A stretch of DNA of 64,000 nucleotides from Nageia nagi (Eukaryota; Plantae; Pinophyta), in the NCBI GenBank assembly GCA_050084985.1, contig JBITNC010000001.1, positions 100,998,001 through 101,062,000 on the forward strand, written 5' to 3'. The notes under the pieces are model-generated. The model searched no databases and had not been told where the DNA came from. It saw only the letters and a program-made list of their open reading frames with translations. Within the stretch, counting starts at the first letter, position 1. Every line of letters starts with the position of its first letter. Of the stretch, positions 27,525-40,100 are shown one piece after another. A program made the position numbers and the translations under genes.

Positions 27525-29273
27525 TTAGGCGCATGGTTTTGAGTGAGTCGTTTTGTACTCACCAAAAATTATGCATCTAGCCTTGTGTTGCATCTACCAT
27601 GGCTAACTCTGGATTTGTGCACTTAAAATCATGCATTTTCATGTCCTATTAACCCCCCATCATTAAAAGCATAACATTTTCCTCATTAGATATCATTTTA
27701 GGAACATTTTGGTCATTTTCAAAAAGTTTTGACATGTATCGACCTTAGGCGCATGGATTTTGTGTAGTGAAAAAGCACCCTCCTAAATTGGTGCACCCAA
27801 GGGATGGAACATTTTTACACTTAGCATTTTTTTCGAAAAAATAGCTTAAGTGCATGGTTTTTGAGAAGTGCTTTTGCACTCACCGAAAATGGTGTGCCTA
27901 CCCTTCATGAGCCTAAAAATTGGTTGTGTCGAAAATCTAGAGCATTCATTGTGGGATAAACAAGTGTTTCACCATGCATTAGGCCTTCATTTACATCAAT
28001 CAACATGTGACACCTATCCATTTGGAGGCACGGGCTATAAAAGGGGGGTCATGTTCATTTTATATGCATTTTGGGTCAAATGTTTCATGTACACCATCTT
28101 TTACATGTTAAGAGAGAAGGCACTACTTGAAATTGGTGGACCTCACTCCATAAGTTATTTTTGAACCATTTTTCCTATAAATTCACTTGATTTTGCACAA
28201 TTTAAGGCACCATAGAAGTTGTGTGCATGTTTCTTAACGGGTGAAAAAGCACCCATCCAAATTGGTGTGCCAACCTCCTGGATGTCCAAATCTAGGACCA
28301 AGGATTTTTTACTAAGTGTGAAATATTATATCTTGAGCCTAGGCACATGTTTTCTAAGGAGTGCAAAAGCACTCATTGAATTTGATGTGCCCAGATCCTG
28401 AGAGTGTGATTCAAGTAATTCTCTAATTGCTCCTAGACCCCAGGCACAAGGATTTGAAGGAGGGCAAAAGCACATGTTAAAAATGGTGCACCCATGATAA
28501 AAGGATCATTTTTATGAAAGTTTGAAATTGGCCAAGTCTTGAAACATAAGAAGCCTAGGCACATGGATCTAGAGGGATGAAAAAGAACTCATCCAAAAGG
28601 AGCAACCCCATTTCTTGCACATGTAGTGGACCCTACTTTTGACCAATCTCAAGATGATACATAGTAGGACCCAAAATCTATAAATACAAGGTCATCCTTT
28701 GCATTTCATTACTCAAAATCATTTTTTCCCAGACTCCCAAGTCGCAACATTTCCACAATGAAAAAGGATTGCCCAATAACGATGCGCCAAGGAGGAATAA
28801 GGATTTTTGGGATCATTTAACATCATTCTAAGCCATTTTTTTCTGGTAAGATGAGGGTAAGCTTGATCTAGTAAGGCATTTTCTAAAAATTACTTCATTT
28901 TTTTTTATACATCCCTACCCAACTTACCTAGCATGATTTCTACATAGTGCAAAAGGACTCATCCTAAATGGTGCACCTAAGCCTAGAGTGAGAAAGTTTG
29001 GTTAAGTATCAAAATTTTAGGTGCATTTCATCCCCCTTTCCTTCATACATTATAATTGATAAAAATTTAGGGTGCAATTTTTTTGTGTAGCGAAAAGGGA
29101 TTTATCCAAAATGTTGCAACCTAGCATGAAGTAATGACCAAACCATTCTAAATGATAAATTTTGTCCAAAGCAAGGATAAAAATTGATTGAAGTAATGTG
29201 TTCCTTTACCAGGTACCCAAGAGCATAATTTTCTGAGTGTGAAAAGGCACCCTCCCAGATTGGTGTATCCCAA
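27525..29273. repeat. Array of ~10-11 56-bp palindromic units with variable spacers (element A)
   Basis: Units at ~27525, 27745, 27846, 28219, 28339, 28440, 28555, 28925, 29068, 29218. Consensus CTAGGCGCATGG...GAGTGC(AAAA/TTTT)GCACTC...TGGTGCGCCTAG. Confidence 0.8.
28679..28686 (+). promoter_or_regulatory. TATA box for the element A ORF
   Basis: CTATAAATA followed ~25 nt later by pyrimidine-rich TCATT. GTAAG donor-like sites at 28846 and 28857 suggest a 5'UTR intron. Confidence 0.55.
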
Positions 29274-29581
29274 GAAAATTGACCTCAAAATTGGCTAAGT
29301 GTTGGATAGTCAAGAGTGAAGATATCAAGTAGACAAGTGGCACCCATGCATTATCCCAAGCATTTACACTCCATGCATCCTCTATAAAGGGGTTTTTCAC
29401 CATTTTATGCATGACATTTCATCCATCCCAACCTGGACATTTGGTCAACTCCCACTACCATAAGGATACATCCAAGATAGTGCACCTAACCTAGTTTGGC
29501 CCTTTTCAACCATTTTTTACTAGAATTTAAACCTGTTTTCACTCATTTGCCACCATTTCAAGAGAATTTTGTTGATTTAAG

Positions 29582-32500
29582 ATGAGTTCCAGGGTAAATC
29601 CCACCTCATCCAAGAGCAAAAAACTCTAAAAGTAGTTATTCAAGAAGCATGTGATTGAAGATCAAATGGAAAGGCTTCTAGAGACAACCATATAGAATTT
29701 TAAGAAAGAGAGAAACAAGAGCTCCTTGAAGCCAAATTCAAAGGAAGATTCACCTTTGTAAGTGACACAGATTAGGGTAACATGGATCATGTGCACACCA
29801 TTACGTCCACCTCTGATATCAACAAGGAAGATTTACAAGATGAAATTGTGCACACTTGTGGGTTTTTAATGTTGCCATGATAACATTTGTTGTTTCCTTT
29901 CCTGATGTGTGCTATGAAATGGTCAAGCACTATAAATTAGATAAGAGACGTCTCTTGGATACCAAAGGTAATGTGATCATGGACTTCACTTCAGCAGGGA
30001 TTGAAACTAATTTTGGGTGGAGAAGATACAAATATGAATACATTGAAACCCAATCTATTGAGTATCATGATAGTACAACTGAGCCCAGAGACTACAAAAT
30101 AAATTGGTTTTATGATGATTATCAAGGCATTCAAGGTCAAAAATTCGTTAGTGCTTGCAAGGAGGAATTCATCCCCACGGTGTCTAAGTTGATCACTCTT
30201 CTATCTTGGGTCACTGGATAGAAAAATGATACCAAGTAAAAGGAGTTTATTGGCGTCATAGTCATGATTAGCTCTGGGAGGGCTATAAGATGGAGTAGAG
30301 TAATCAGTGATGCTTTGTGCCACCAATTAGCTTATTTGGGCTCATCCAGAAGATTTTACATGAATTCTTACTTTGGTTTATTTACTGTTACATGGTAAAT
30401 TTAGATCCAAATCACATGCTAATGAAAGGCAATTGAGAAAGCAAGGCATCCCAGTGTGGAATGTCTATCCCAAGTGGTGGTATCACAACAGATTCAAGCA
30501 CTTTTACTTGAGGAATGATAAGAGGGAATGTGCTATATATAAGTTGATCAATGGAGAGTCTATAGTAAAGAGAATTTATGATTTAGTTTTCCAGGCCATT
30601 AGTGGGCATGCATATTTTTACCTACAGTATGTCGAACACACTTATATCAGACTATATGGCTCTAAGGAGTAAACTTTTCTTTTGCCCAAGTATGCTAGTG
30701 ACAGGCTAGTCCTCATGGAATTTTCTAGGCAATTGTTATTTTTGAAGGAAATAAGGTGCACAAAGAAGGATGCAATCATCAACCTATCAATTTCTATCAA
30801 CCTATCAAGCATGAGAAAGGAGCTGCAATAATATATCTTCTATAAGGATATCATTGTCAGATACTATGATCCCAGAGGTGTCATGGCCCATTTTTATAAT
30901 ACTGCTTTCCCAAAACCAATAGCATTCAAACTCTTATCTTTGGTAAATATGGAGAGAGAGGAATTTGAAGGATAAGAAGAAAATTGAGGAAATTTGTGCT
31001 CCTTTGAATAAGAACAAGTCTCTCCTCAAGCCTATGAGTAGAAATGTTGGACTACCTATATCCCAAAGGACCAAAAGTGTTAAGGAGAGACCCAAAGAGG
31101 TTCCACTCAAAATCAAGACATCTCCACCTAGCAACAATATACCAGCTTCATTGGTTAAGTTGTCTCCCTTACCTTCTCTTGGGAAGAGACATGAAACCCT
31201 TGGCCAACATGCTACAATGGGCATCACTAAACACAAGGAAGAGGCTAACATAGTGAAAATAAGTCAAGAGGTGGCTGATCTAAGAGATATTGGCTATATT
31301 AATGTCCCTTTGAGCATGTTAGAGCAAGTTTTTGTGCACCCCAAGGGCATTTGTGCTAATGACTCCCCTATCACAAAGACCAATGATGCTCCATAACAAT
31401 CTTCATACCTTCAAGGACACAAAAAGAAGATTCCCCCACTACAACCAAGTTACAATTCTTTCAATTCCTCCTCTTCTTCCTCAGATGAAGAAGATTTTGA
31501 TGAGTTAGGCTCTCATGATGAAGAGAGCCAAGATGAAGAAGGCCATAATGAGGAATATGGTGATGGAAAGAAGAGCTATGATGATGATGTTGAATCCAAT
31601 CCCTAAGATGATGAGTTTTACCTCTCATAGGAACAAAATGTAGTTGTAGGTGCTTTTGCACTAGATGACATGAAGAATGATACTCTCCCAAATGATGATG
31701 TAATTTTTGATGTAGAAAAGATGGATGAGGATGTCCAAGTCATTGGAGTGAAATATGCTAAAGAGGTGGGCACATCTCGAACTCATCCCACAAATCATAG
31801 GAAGAAATCACCCTCATCGTCGCAAAAGACCTGGTCTAAGAGGACCAACAATGAGATCCCCTCAGCCTCGCAGAAAAGTTCTATCATTAGGAGGAGGTGG
31901 TGGAGATGAAGAAAATGAAGGTGAGACAAAATAAGAAAAGAAGAAAAGGAAGCAAGATGTACACCAAGTAAAAGACGTTATCGTCATCTAGAACACTCCC
32001 ACAAAAGGGTTATTAAAAAGGTAAGAGTAGAATGCTAGTGCCAAGGCTCCCCTCTAATCCATCTACTGAACTACTCGAGCTTGACTTGGATGCCTGCTTA
32101 AGAGCTTTAAGCATGAGTACCGATCATGATGAGGATATAGATCCATATTTGAAGTCTAAGGATGAGAAGAGCTCTTTGATGGTGAGAAAGTATGAAGAGT
32201 GAATACTTATATTTCCACTAATAGGAAAGAGATCCTTGTCATCCATTGCTACTCCAAGGTGAAGCAACCAAGAGGACCCAAAGATTGCTTGATTGAAACT
32301 TTCAATATGCCTACTAAGTTAGGATTATCAACCAGAAAGCATATTGTTTCCCAAAATGCATTTAAAGTGGAGTAAAAAGGCTTTAAAGCCAAACATGAAG
32401 TAAAGAGATTGAAGAAGGAACTCACCGCCAATAAAAAAATGCTTAAGGAGTTTGAGGCTATGAGTATGACTCCTGTGGAACTTAGAAGACAGGCTTCATT

Positions 32501-33266
32501 CAATGTAGATTGGGAGGTAATGAAAGAATCCTTAACGAAGGAGATGATGGAAACCATTCAAAAACTAGCTTCTCAAACATATGGGCTCATCGAGGAAGGA
32601 GCTGAGTTGAGAGAGCTTAAGACACAAATATCCACCCTCCTCGAGAAGCTAGATGCTCATCTCCCTACTATTATCAATCTTCAAAGGATGTTTGTTGATA
32701 AGCCTAAGAAACTAGTCTACTGCCATGAATTTATGTACCAACATGACTAACTAAAGCATGCTTTTGACAAATGTCAAGTGGTGCTTAAAGCCATGGTGCC
32801 CTTGAAGGACATAAAAGAACAAATGACCTAGTATACTAATCAATTGAAGTTTTAAGGGGGAAATGGTGTACGAAAGAAGGAATCAAGCTTGGCCAAGACA
32901 CACAACCTAATCAAGGAGAATCTCAAGGTTGAAAACCTCAATCTTCTGAAGGTGGGGAAGCCTATCTATCATTAGAGATAGATGGTCATTCAAAGATTCC
33001 AAATGTAGGCTACATCTCAACAGATAAAGGGATTCTATAAGGAGAATAGTATCATTGTAAGCATGCTCTCTAGAGGTGTGAGGGAGGTCTTCGATTTCCT
33101 AAAAGAAACTATGGAATCTTACAGACTCACTAACGAGGAGAAAATTCTATGGGCCCCGAATCAAATCAGGCATAGATTTGATTTGCTTGCAGATTTTGTT
33201 TGCAATAGTCTTTTCAATTTGAATGCATATTGTTCATGGTTCTCAGATTTCATTTATTTGGTCTAA
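29582..33266 (+). pseudogene. Element A long ORF (~1200 codons, decayed): plant-transposon-like N-terminal domain, acidic/basic linker, coiled-coil C-terminus
   Basis: Consecutive + strand ORF fragments 29856-33266 are collinear with the element B protein (DFT..GI..F.W; RFYM.SYLV; TYIR.YGS; LP.YASD...MEF.R.L; YYDP.GV; YCH.F.YQ.D.L..A..KCQ). Confidence 0.8.
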
Positions 33267-34942
33267 CCAATGCAGGGATGAGTTTTTGCTCCCATTGGCT
33301 CAAATGTCAAACTTTATTCCGTATCTAATTTTATTTTGCATTGGTTAGAGATATATTAAACATTTTGCGGCTATGACATTTATGTTTTGTTAGCTTTTAA
33401 ATGTATCTTGCATAGATAGATGTGATGTGATTTTATTTGCATAGATATATCTATTGTGTGAGCATACCATATTAGATTTTATGCCTTTAGGGCAAAGCTG
33501 CATTTATTGCAGCTACTTTTGTGATCCCATACATATCCCACTTCAATCATTTAGAAGGGGATTTTTACTATTGAAAGAACGGAATGCTCAATTATGTTGT
33601 TGAAAGTATTTTGCAAAGATGATTTCTTTCTATAATAGTGCTTTGAAGAATGATATGAATAGTTCATTTCCTAAGATTATACATGTTATCTTGTAAGATT
33701 TTCTTACCAATTTGAATAATTTTTCTTGCTTAAGTGCATTCTCTTTGAAAACTTTTAGGGGAAGATAGTTGAATATCTTGTGAAGTAGTCTAAATTATTC
33801 ATTGCATAATTTGCACATAAGTATATGTATTATGGGGCAAATGTTTATCTCTATGTCATTCAGTTAGAATATGCATTCACAATGTTGGTCATTTCCCATC
33901 ATCTTCACTTCCATTGAGTAGTCCATCATAGACTGAACAACTTCATGCTCTCGTCTAGTAGCAACTTGAGCTTTGGTATTTGCTGCTAGGCTTGAAAAGT
34001 GAATACAAAATTTCTTAAGGAATTTGGGGGTGAACTATCAAGACACTGCATCATTGGTGAACATTTCATATGCTTATTTCTCATTCCATGCATGTATCCT
34101 CACATTTGTGATCTTTCTTTGTTTTCGTTCACATTTGTGATCTTTACTTGCTTTTAAGCACATTACTCGTGATTTAAGTCAGTCATGGAATCTCAACTAT
34201 ATAAAGGTTGACAGTATGCATCTCTTGCGATTGTGCATGAACCATATTCCATATGAGTGCTTAGGATGTAAAGTCCTTTCAGACAGAAACATGTAACGTT
34301 GTTTCCTCCAAATTGATTGGATGTTTTTGAAGAAAAGAAAAACATACCAACAAGATGTACAGGAGAATGAGTACGGCCTGTAATGTTAAAATCTTCTTTT
34401 TAGACCCTCGGAGAAAAGGTAAAGGACATGTTTGTTTCGACAATAGTACCAATGCTTACATGAAAAACATTTTCCAAAACAATTGGTCTTGGAACAACCA
34501 GGCATAATTTGATACACACTTCAAACATAATTTAAAGTTTAAACCACCTGCTATTGACCGCAAATTTGACCAAATTACAACTACTGTAACATGAGTATTT
34601 ATTAACTATTTTATCTTTAAGAAGGGGACACATAAGCTGAGAATAAATTTAATGAAAGAAATGGATTACTCTAGATTTCTTTCTGTTCAAAAAAGTATTT
34701 CATGATTGTAACAGAAAATGGCCACACCATTTACTTATATTAGTTTACAAGCTCATGACTACAGTACAGAAAGATACAATACAAAAAGGAAAGCCAGAAA
34801 CCCAAGGCCAAGGAAAGGTTAAATTTTCCATTCTCTCTCTCCATTTTTCTTTTTCTTTTTCTTCCCTGTTTAGACAATTTGATTTATATGGCCTCATTTG
34901 TTTCACCATATTCTTGTCTCCAACTAATTCTTCTTTCATTTT

Positions 34943-35039
34943 CTACTTCTGTTTTGAAGAAAGCAGCTGATCAATTTCTCCCTTCTCATTATACATGTCA
35001 ACAATCTTCTTTGCATAAGAGGGAATATGCTTTTCTGCC
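34943..35039 (-). CDS. HCAR: HCAR last coding exon
   Basis: AG acceptor at 35040-35041; (R)AEKHIPSYAKKIVDMYNEKGEIDQLLSSKQK*. Confidence 0.93.
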
Positions 35040-35270
35040 CTGCAACCACATAATACACAATTTGTAGAAATATGTTACACTCGAATACACTTTCTTGTAG
35101 TATATATACAAGGATTTACTGTTGAAGGCAAGGTGGAGGAGGTCACCATCAATTTACTACCAAGTTTTTTACAAAGGGGAGTAGCCAAACATGCTTACTA
35201 GACTAGAGGCACATTGACTGCTGTAAATATTAACATAATTGACAAAAATATAGCATCTGGCTGGCCTAAC

Positions 35271-35365
35271 CTTTGTTTTCCCCAATTACGGCATACGTGT
35301 AAGTAATTACGTATAGTGTGATAGTCAAGGGAATAGCGCCCAAACTCCAAACCCTTGGGTCCAAT
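35271..35365 (-). CDS. HCAR: HCAR exon
   Basis: IGPKGLEFGRYSLDYHTIRNYLHVCRNWGKQ(R); AG/GT borders, phase consistent. Confidence 0.95.
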
Positions 35366-35673
35366 CTGCATTAAACAAGAATAAAATAGATTACATACTT
35401 AACACAGTACTATTTGAAAAGGATTCTTGGCACACAGAGTACTCCATGTCTATTGTTCAGATGTTCTCCATCCTTGCCCAGAGGGTTGCACTATTATAGT
35501 GTTTGGCTGGATTTGCATCGTTTACATGGTGCACTTTGTGAGGTATCTTATTCCATCTAATATAATTGATGTTTTCCATTGCAGAAGACAAAAGTTGCGA
35601 ATGACAGTTAATTATATTCATTCAAAAGAACAAGTAAAATTATCTCGAAAGCACCAAACTAAAGAATACTCAC

Positions 35674-35738
35674 CAAGTTTAGAAGAAAGGCAATGATGTT
35701 TCCAACAAATCTGGGAGCTGGTTGGGAATTTCCTTTAC
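35674..35738 (-). CDS. HCAR: HCAR exon
   Basis: (G)KGNSQPAPRFVGNIIAFLLNL; AG/GT borders. Confidence 0.95.
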
Positions 35739-36086
35739 CTGTATAAAGATTAGCATAAGTTTCTAACTGTGCACCATATTAGCGGTTTATCACAGAAGTT
35801 GACATGGACACTAAAAATAAAAATAAAAAATATCAATTAAACAGAACTCATGATAGTCATCATGAATCTAATAACATGCATGATAGCCATTTAGATGCAT
35901 TAGGAATATGCTTGGCATGGAGATGTGGGAATGTGCTACATAATATTTATCTGATACTACGTAGCCAATTGGAAAGCTTCATCTAAAGAACTGGAGACTT
36001 TTTCCAGCACAAGATTCAGAGGTCGTTCTATGTGTACGCTCTCTGGCCATGTTGCCAGTCAATTGAGGACAAAGGGCAAGTTATAC

Positions 36087-36144
36087 CAGTTTTCGCCCTG
36101 TCGTCGGCTTTAACTGTCTCCATAACAAATGAATGCCGCTTTCC
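36087..36144 (-). CDS. HCAR: HCAR exon
   Basis: GKRHSFVMETVKADDRAKT(G); AG/GT borders. Confidence 0.93.
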
Positions 36145-36305
36145 CTGTAGAAAGCAAATCTACCGTTGTGAATATATAATCTTTGTATATACATTGAATA
36201 CCTGACTGCCTGAAATTGCATCCCAGACGTGTAGAAAAGGATACTAATGCAAACATTAATTTCATGTTCACAGAGAAACTAACTTCGAGAAATTGCGTGA
36301 CATAC

Positions 36306-36375
36306 AGTGCTGACAGTTGGAGCGATTTCCAAGAGTTCACGCACTAAATTAAACATTTGCCTTCCCCGTTTATTC
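36306..36375 (-). CDS. HCAR: HCAR exon
   Basis: (R)NKRGRQMFNLVRELLEIAPTVST; AG/GT borders. Confidence 0.92.
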
Positions 36376-36660
36376 CTGCCATCAAGAAAAACAACATGAA
36401 GCTCAAATTATCCTCTAAAAGTATTTTATTCATAGGTTTATATCCTCTATACAAATAGTTGAACACAGAATTAGAAGTACAACTTGAACTAAATACTTCA
36501 AACATTTATTTCATATCTTGAACTTTCTTAAGCATCTTTCTCCACTGTTGATTCCTAGCATTGAGATTAGCTCGGCGTGAATATAACGAGTTCATATTCT
36601 ATGGCTACATCAACTTTCTAAAAACGTGGAAAAAAAAATTATAAATAAGCAAATACTTGC

Positions 36661-36740
36661 CGAATGGTAATGTACTGAGGATGTTGAGTCATGCTTATTC
36701 CTGGGTATTTCGGCACTCCCATGTAACCTACAACCAAATC
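36661..36740 (-). CDS. HCAR: HCAR exon (GC donor)
   Basis: DLVVGYMGVPKYPGISMTQHPQYITI(R); acceptor TTACAG, donor GCAAGT. The six exons join in one stop-free frame matching the C-terminus of 7-hydroxymethyl chlorophyll a reductase. Confidence 0.93.
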
Positions 36741-39700
36741 CTGTAAAATTCGTAAAAATCTAATATCTTGCATAAATATTAGAATAAGTAATGTTTATAC
36801 AATCTCGGTTTCAAATATAAAACAAGCAATAAAGAAGCATATTGCAAGTCTCTTGCATTTTTGAGGAAAGCATTCTGCATGATCCATACTAGCTACGCAA
36901 AAAAGTGTTTTACATGGCTATCACCAAAACATCAACTGTGGAATGGAATGCTTCTGAACTGTTAAATAAAATATTTTTTCTATGGAAAAATCATTTGTGA
37001 ATCATTCAACATATTTGAGCTCAAATTTCTAATTAAGGAATAGTATTAGGATATGATTGACTCAAAGTGGAGCTTTGAAATCAGTGGATCATCCTTCACA
37101 CTTGTTACACTGCAGCCTGTTTGGTGTGGGTTAGTGGCATCCTTGCTAACCTGGTACGCTATTATCATGCTTGCTTCTACGCACTACTCGTTGCAGTGAT
37201 GTCCTCAATCTAATTTCTTTCTTTCAAACTTATCATAAAAAATTTTGCATCTAGGCTTTAGGCAGCAAACCAGTTGCTAAATTATTTTTGTTGTGTTCAA
37301 ACTTCAATAATATTTGGCATTTCATTCGGATCAGAATTGATTTTCTTATGGAAAACAAGGTGCAAAGCTACCTTTGAAGATCACGTTACGCAGTTTACGT
37401 TGACAACAAGAAAGGTTTCAAAAAGGATATTACCTACCTGGTCAAATCACATTTTGCTCAGATGCAGAAAGATATTAAGACCCCCCAATTGGTGCCAAAT
37501 ATCAGGTACTTTCTTTCCTTTCATTCAATTCTATAGACTTGTCATGCTAATCATATGTTCAGATTTTGTAATATTCTTGCCAATTTGAAGTAATATAAGA
37601 TGCATTTTTTCAAAAAAGAGAAAAATAAAATTGCCTTGTACTGGTATACAGTTTCTAAAGGTAGAAGGTGAAACTATCAATGTAAAATCGAAAGTATTTT
37701 TTGAGAAGAAAATTGGCATGTAAGATGGTATTCCTCTGTTTTGCTATTATCTTTTTATACATTTGTATTTATTTGTTTGGGCTGTTGATGATGATGTACG
37801 CTTTAGATTTAAATTGCAAAAACTAATATCATGTCAAAACAAGAATGTTTCTCTTCTTTTAGAGCTAAGAAGAAAAATGTAAGTGTGAAACATGTTGCAC
37901 TGACCTTTTCCATGGCCTTACATTTCTTCTGCCCATCTCCCTCCTCATAGATTTTTGCTAATGAATCCTGGAAATATTGGGGTATTTGGCAGGTGAACAC
38001 ACAGAAAAATCAGCAGACTCTTGAAGAATTAACTGTGGAAATAATATTCCAGTTTGCTTGCAAGCTGAATGTCCATCCTGGGGAAGCCTAAATTTTTTGG
38101 ACCCTGCTTAGTCCAGATCTTCTTCTGAAGGTACAGCAGATTGTGTACATGCAAACACAAGTTCACCAATTTGTTTCTGGTTTTTATATTGAATCATCTA
38201 CTGGTACAGCTGATGATGGAATAACTCTGGATAATATTGAAGATGATGGATATTTATATTGCTTCTTCAACTGATAAGAAGCATTCCTTAATTGCTTAAA
38301 GTTTTCAAACACTTCTGATATTACTCTGAAAGCCATGAAGCATGACTCCATACGTAAGTAATGCTTGCTGTAATAAACTCTTAATATTCTTATGCTGGAA
38401 TTGGAGTCGGGCATTCAACAAGTTGATAGAAGAAGTGGACCATTGCACACAAAGTATGTAGAATTGAATAAACAAGATAAAACCAGATTTATTTGGAGCA
38501 ATAGCACTGCTAAAACCACTTATCAAATACTTTGTATTCTACACAACTTATTCACTTCTATTTTTGTATTTACTTTTTTGTTTTTTTAACTTGAAAAATA
38601 CACAACCAAAATAAAGATAAATCTAGCAATTCCAACATCCTCCCTTAATCCTTATTTATAGTAGGATGAGATACAAGAAATCGCAGAGTTTATTTAGAAG
38701 AGAGATGAGGAAGTTGACATTACTACAAAGATCCTCTCTTAATTTCAACTTCCATGAGACACACTGTCACAAAAAGTAGTCAATTGCACCAACAGCAACG
38801 GTTTGGTGCATATTAACCATTTATTTTTCAGTTTTGCAATAATTCAACTCTACCTCAGCACCTTCTATTCGAACAAAGTGATAATAGGATTCTTTGCTAA
38901 TTTGATGGATTTTTGTTTATCACAAAAATGATTGTTATATGCCTTTGTGGTAGGTTCACCTTAGTAAGCAACACAGCTTCTTGAAATCCCTTTGATGAAC
39001 CAATATACTTGTTTTCTACAGTTGAAAATGTTGTAGACTGCATCCTGCTAATCCATGTAATTGGTAGAGATCCTATGTGAAAGACAGCCCAAAGTAGATC
39101 TTCTACGAACAACATCACCTGCACAATTTGAGTCTATATCCTACAAGTGTAGACTCTCAATCAAACTTGTATTCAATTCCAAAATTATGTCTACCTCTTA
39201 TATATCTCAAAATAATTGTCAATATCTTCCAATGGTCTTCACATACATTTGCTAATGTAATGTTCCAAAATTTGTCCAACATTGTAAATATTTTCTTTTG
39301 TGTTTTGTATGTGTTTGAGCATTATTTAAGGTGTTTTGTCATATTTTGTAGTTAAAATGGAAGTTATATGGATTAATAAGTGTGTTTTGACAAGTTTAAT
39401 ATTAGTATATGGGTTAGGGGAGTTATTTAAGTATTTGGGAAGAGTTTTGAAATAAAAAAAAGCATTATTTAATGCTTTTAGATTGGTATACGTTTTTGAA
39501 ATATGTTTGAGTGTGGACAAAGTCTCTTCCTTCATTGTGTGGATCCCGATATCACTTAGGTGATTTCAACATAAGATTATATCACAACACTTAGATCATA
39601 AGTGAATGAGATCTAATCTTAGCCATCCATAGTCAAATCTAAGGCTGAGATCTATCCTCACATTAGGGTGTGAATATAGAAATGCTTTAGGGTTTCATTC

Positions 39701-40100
39701 AGACGATGTGATTTTGGAATTGAGAATTGGAGAATACTGAGTATTTTGGGGCTATTGGAAACTTCTGGTAGTGTCTCTAGAGAGATTTGGGGTTCCCATT
39801 GGAGGGAGCAATTTCATTGGAGGCTAGACCAGCTAGCTATCTACCCATTGGATCTAACAAATTTATTTCAGAATTTGTGATTTGTGCTTAAATTGTGAAG
39901 AGCAATTGGAGCTTAAGTGCAAATCTGCCATTGAGGGCAAGATAGAGGGCATTTTGATAAGGGTTTCAATCTGATCTCAACATCAAAGTGAGACGTTAGC
40001 TCTAGGAGGAGTGTTTGGAAGCTTTTGGAGGCATTTTGTGCCCTAACCACCATTCTAAAATGTGGCGTTTAGCATCATAAATATTGGGTTGGCAATTTTG

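Larger units (their letters stand above)
27344..34352 (+). mobile_element. Element A: 7009-bp TSD-flanked unit, interpreted as a giant ORF-carrying solo LTR
   Basis: TGATGTG...CCAACA; TSD GGATG (27339-27343)/AGATG (34353-34357). Right end AAAGAAAAACATACCAACA matches element B end AAAGAAAAGCATCCCAACA. No gag/pol and no internal terminal repeat. Confidence 0.75.

Noticed and set aside
27525-29273. CRISPR array (palindromic repeats with unique spacers)
   Set aside because: Eukaryotic TE context, degenerate 56-bp repeats, very uneven spacers and no cas genes.
29582-33266. env-like or endogenous virus gene
   Set aside because: No visible signal peptide, transmembrane helix or viral hallmark motifs.
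35198-35222. Alternative short last exon (AVNVPLV*) after TTACAG on the minus strand
   Set aside because: The exon at 34943-35039 gives the conserved HCAR C-terminus, and this acceptor would leave an intron of only ~50 nt.
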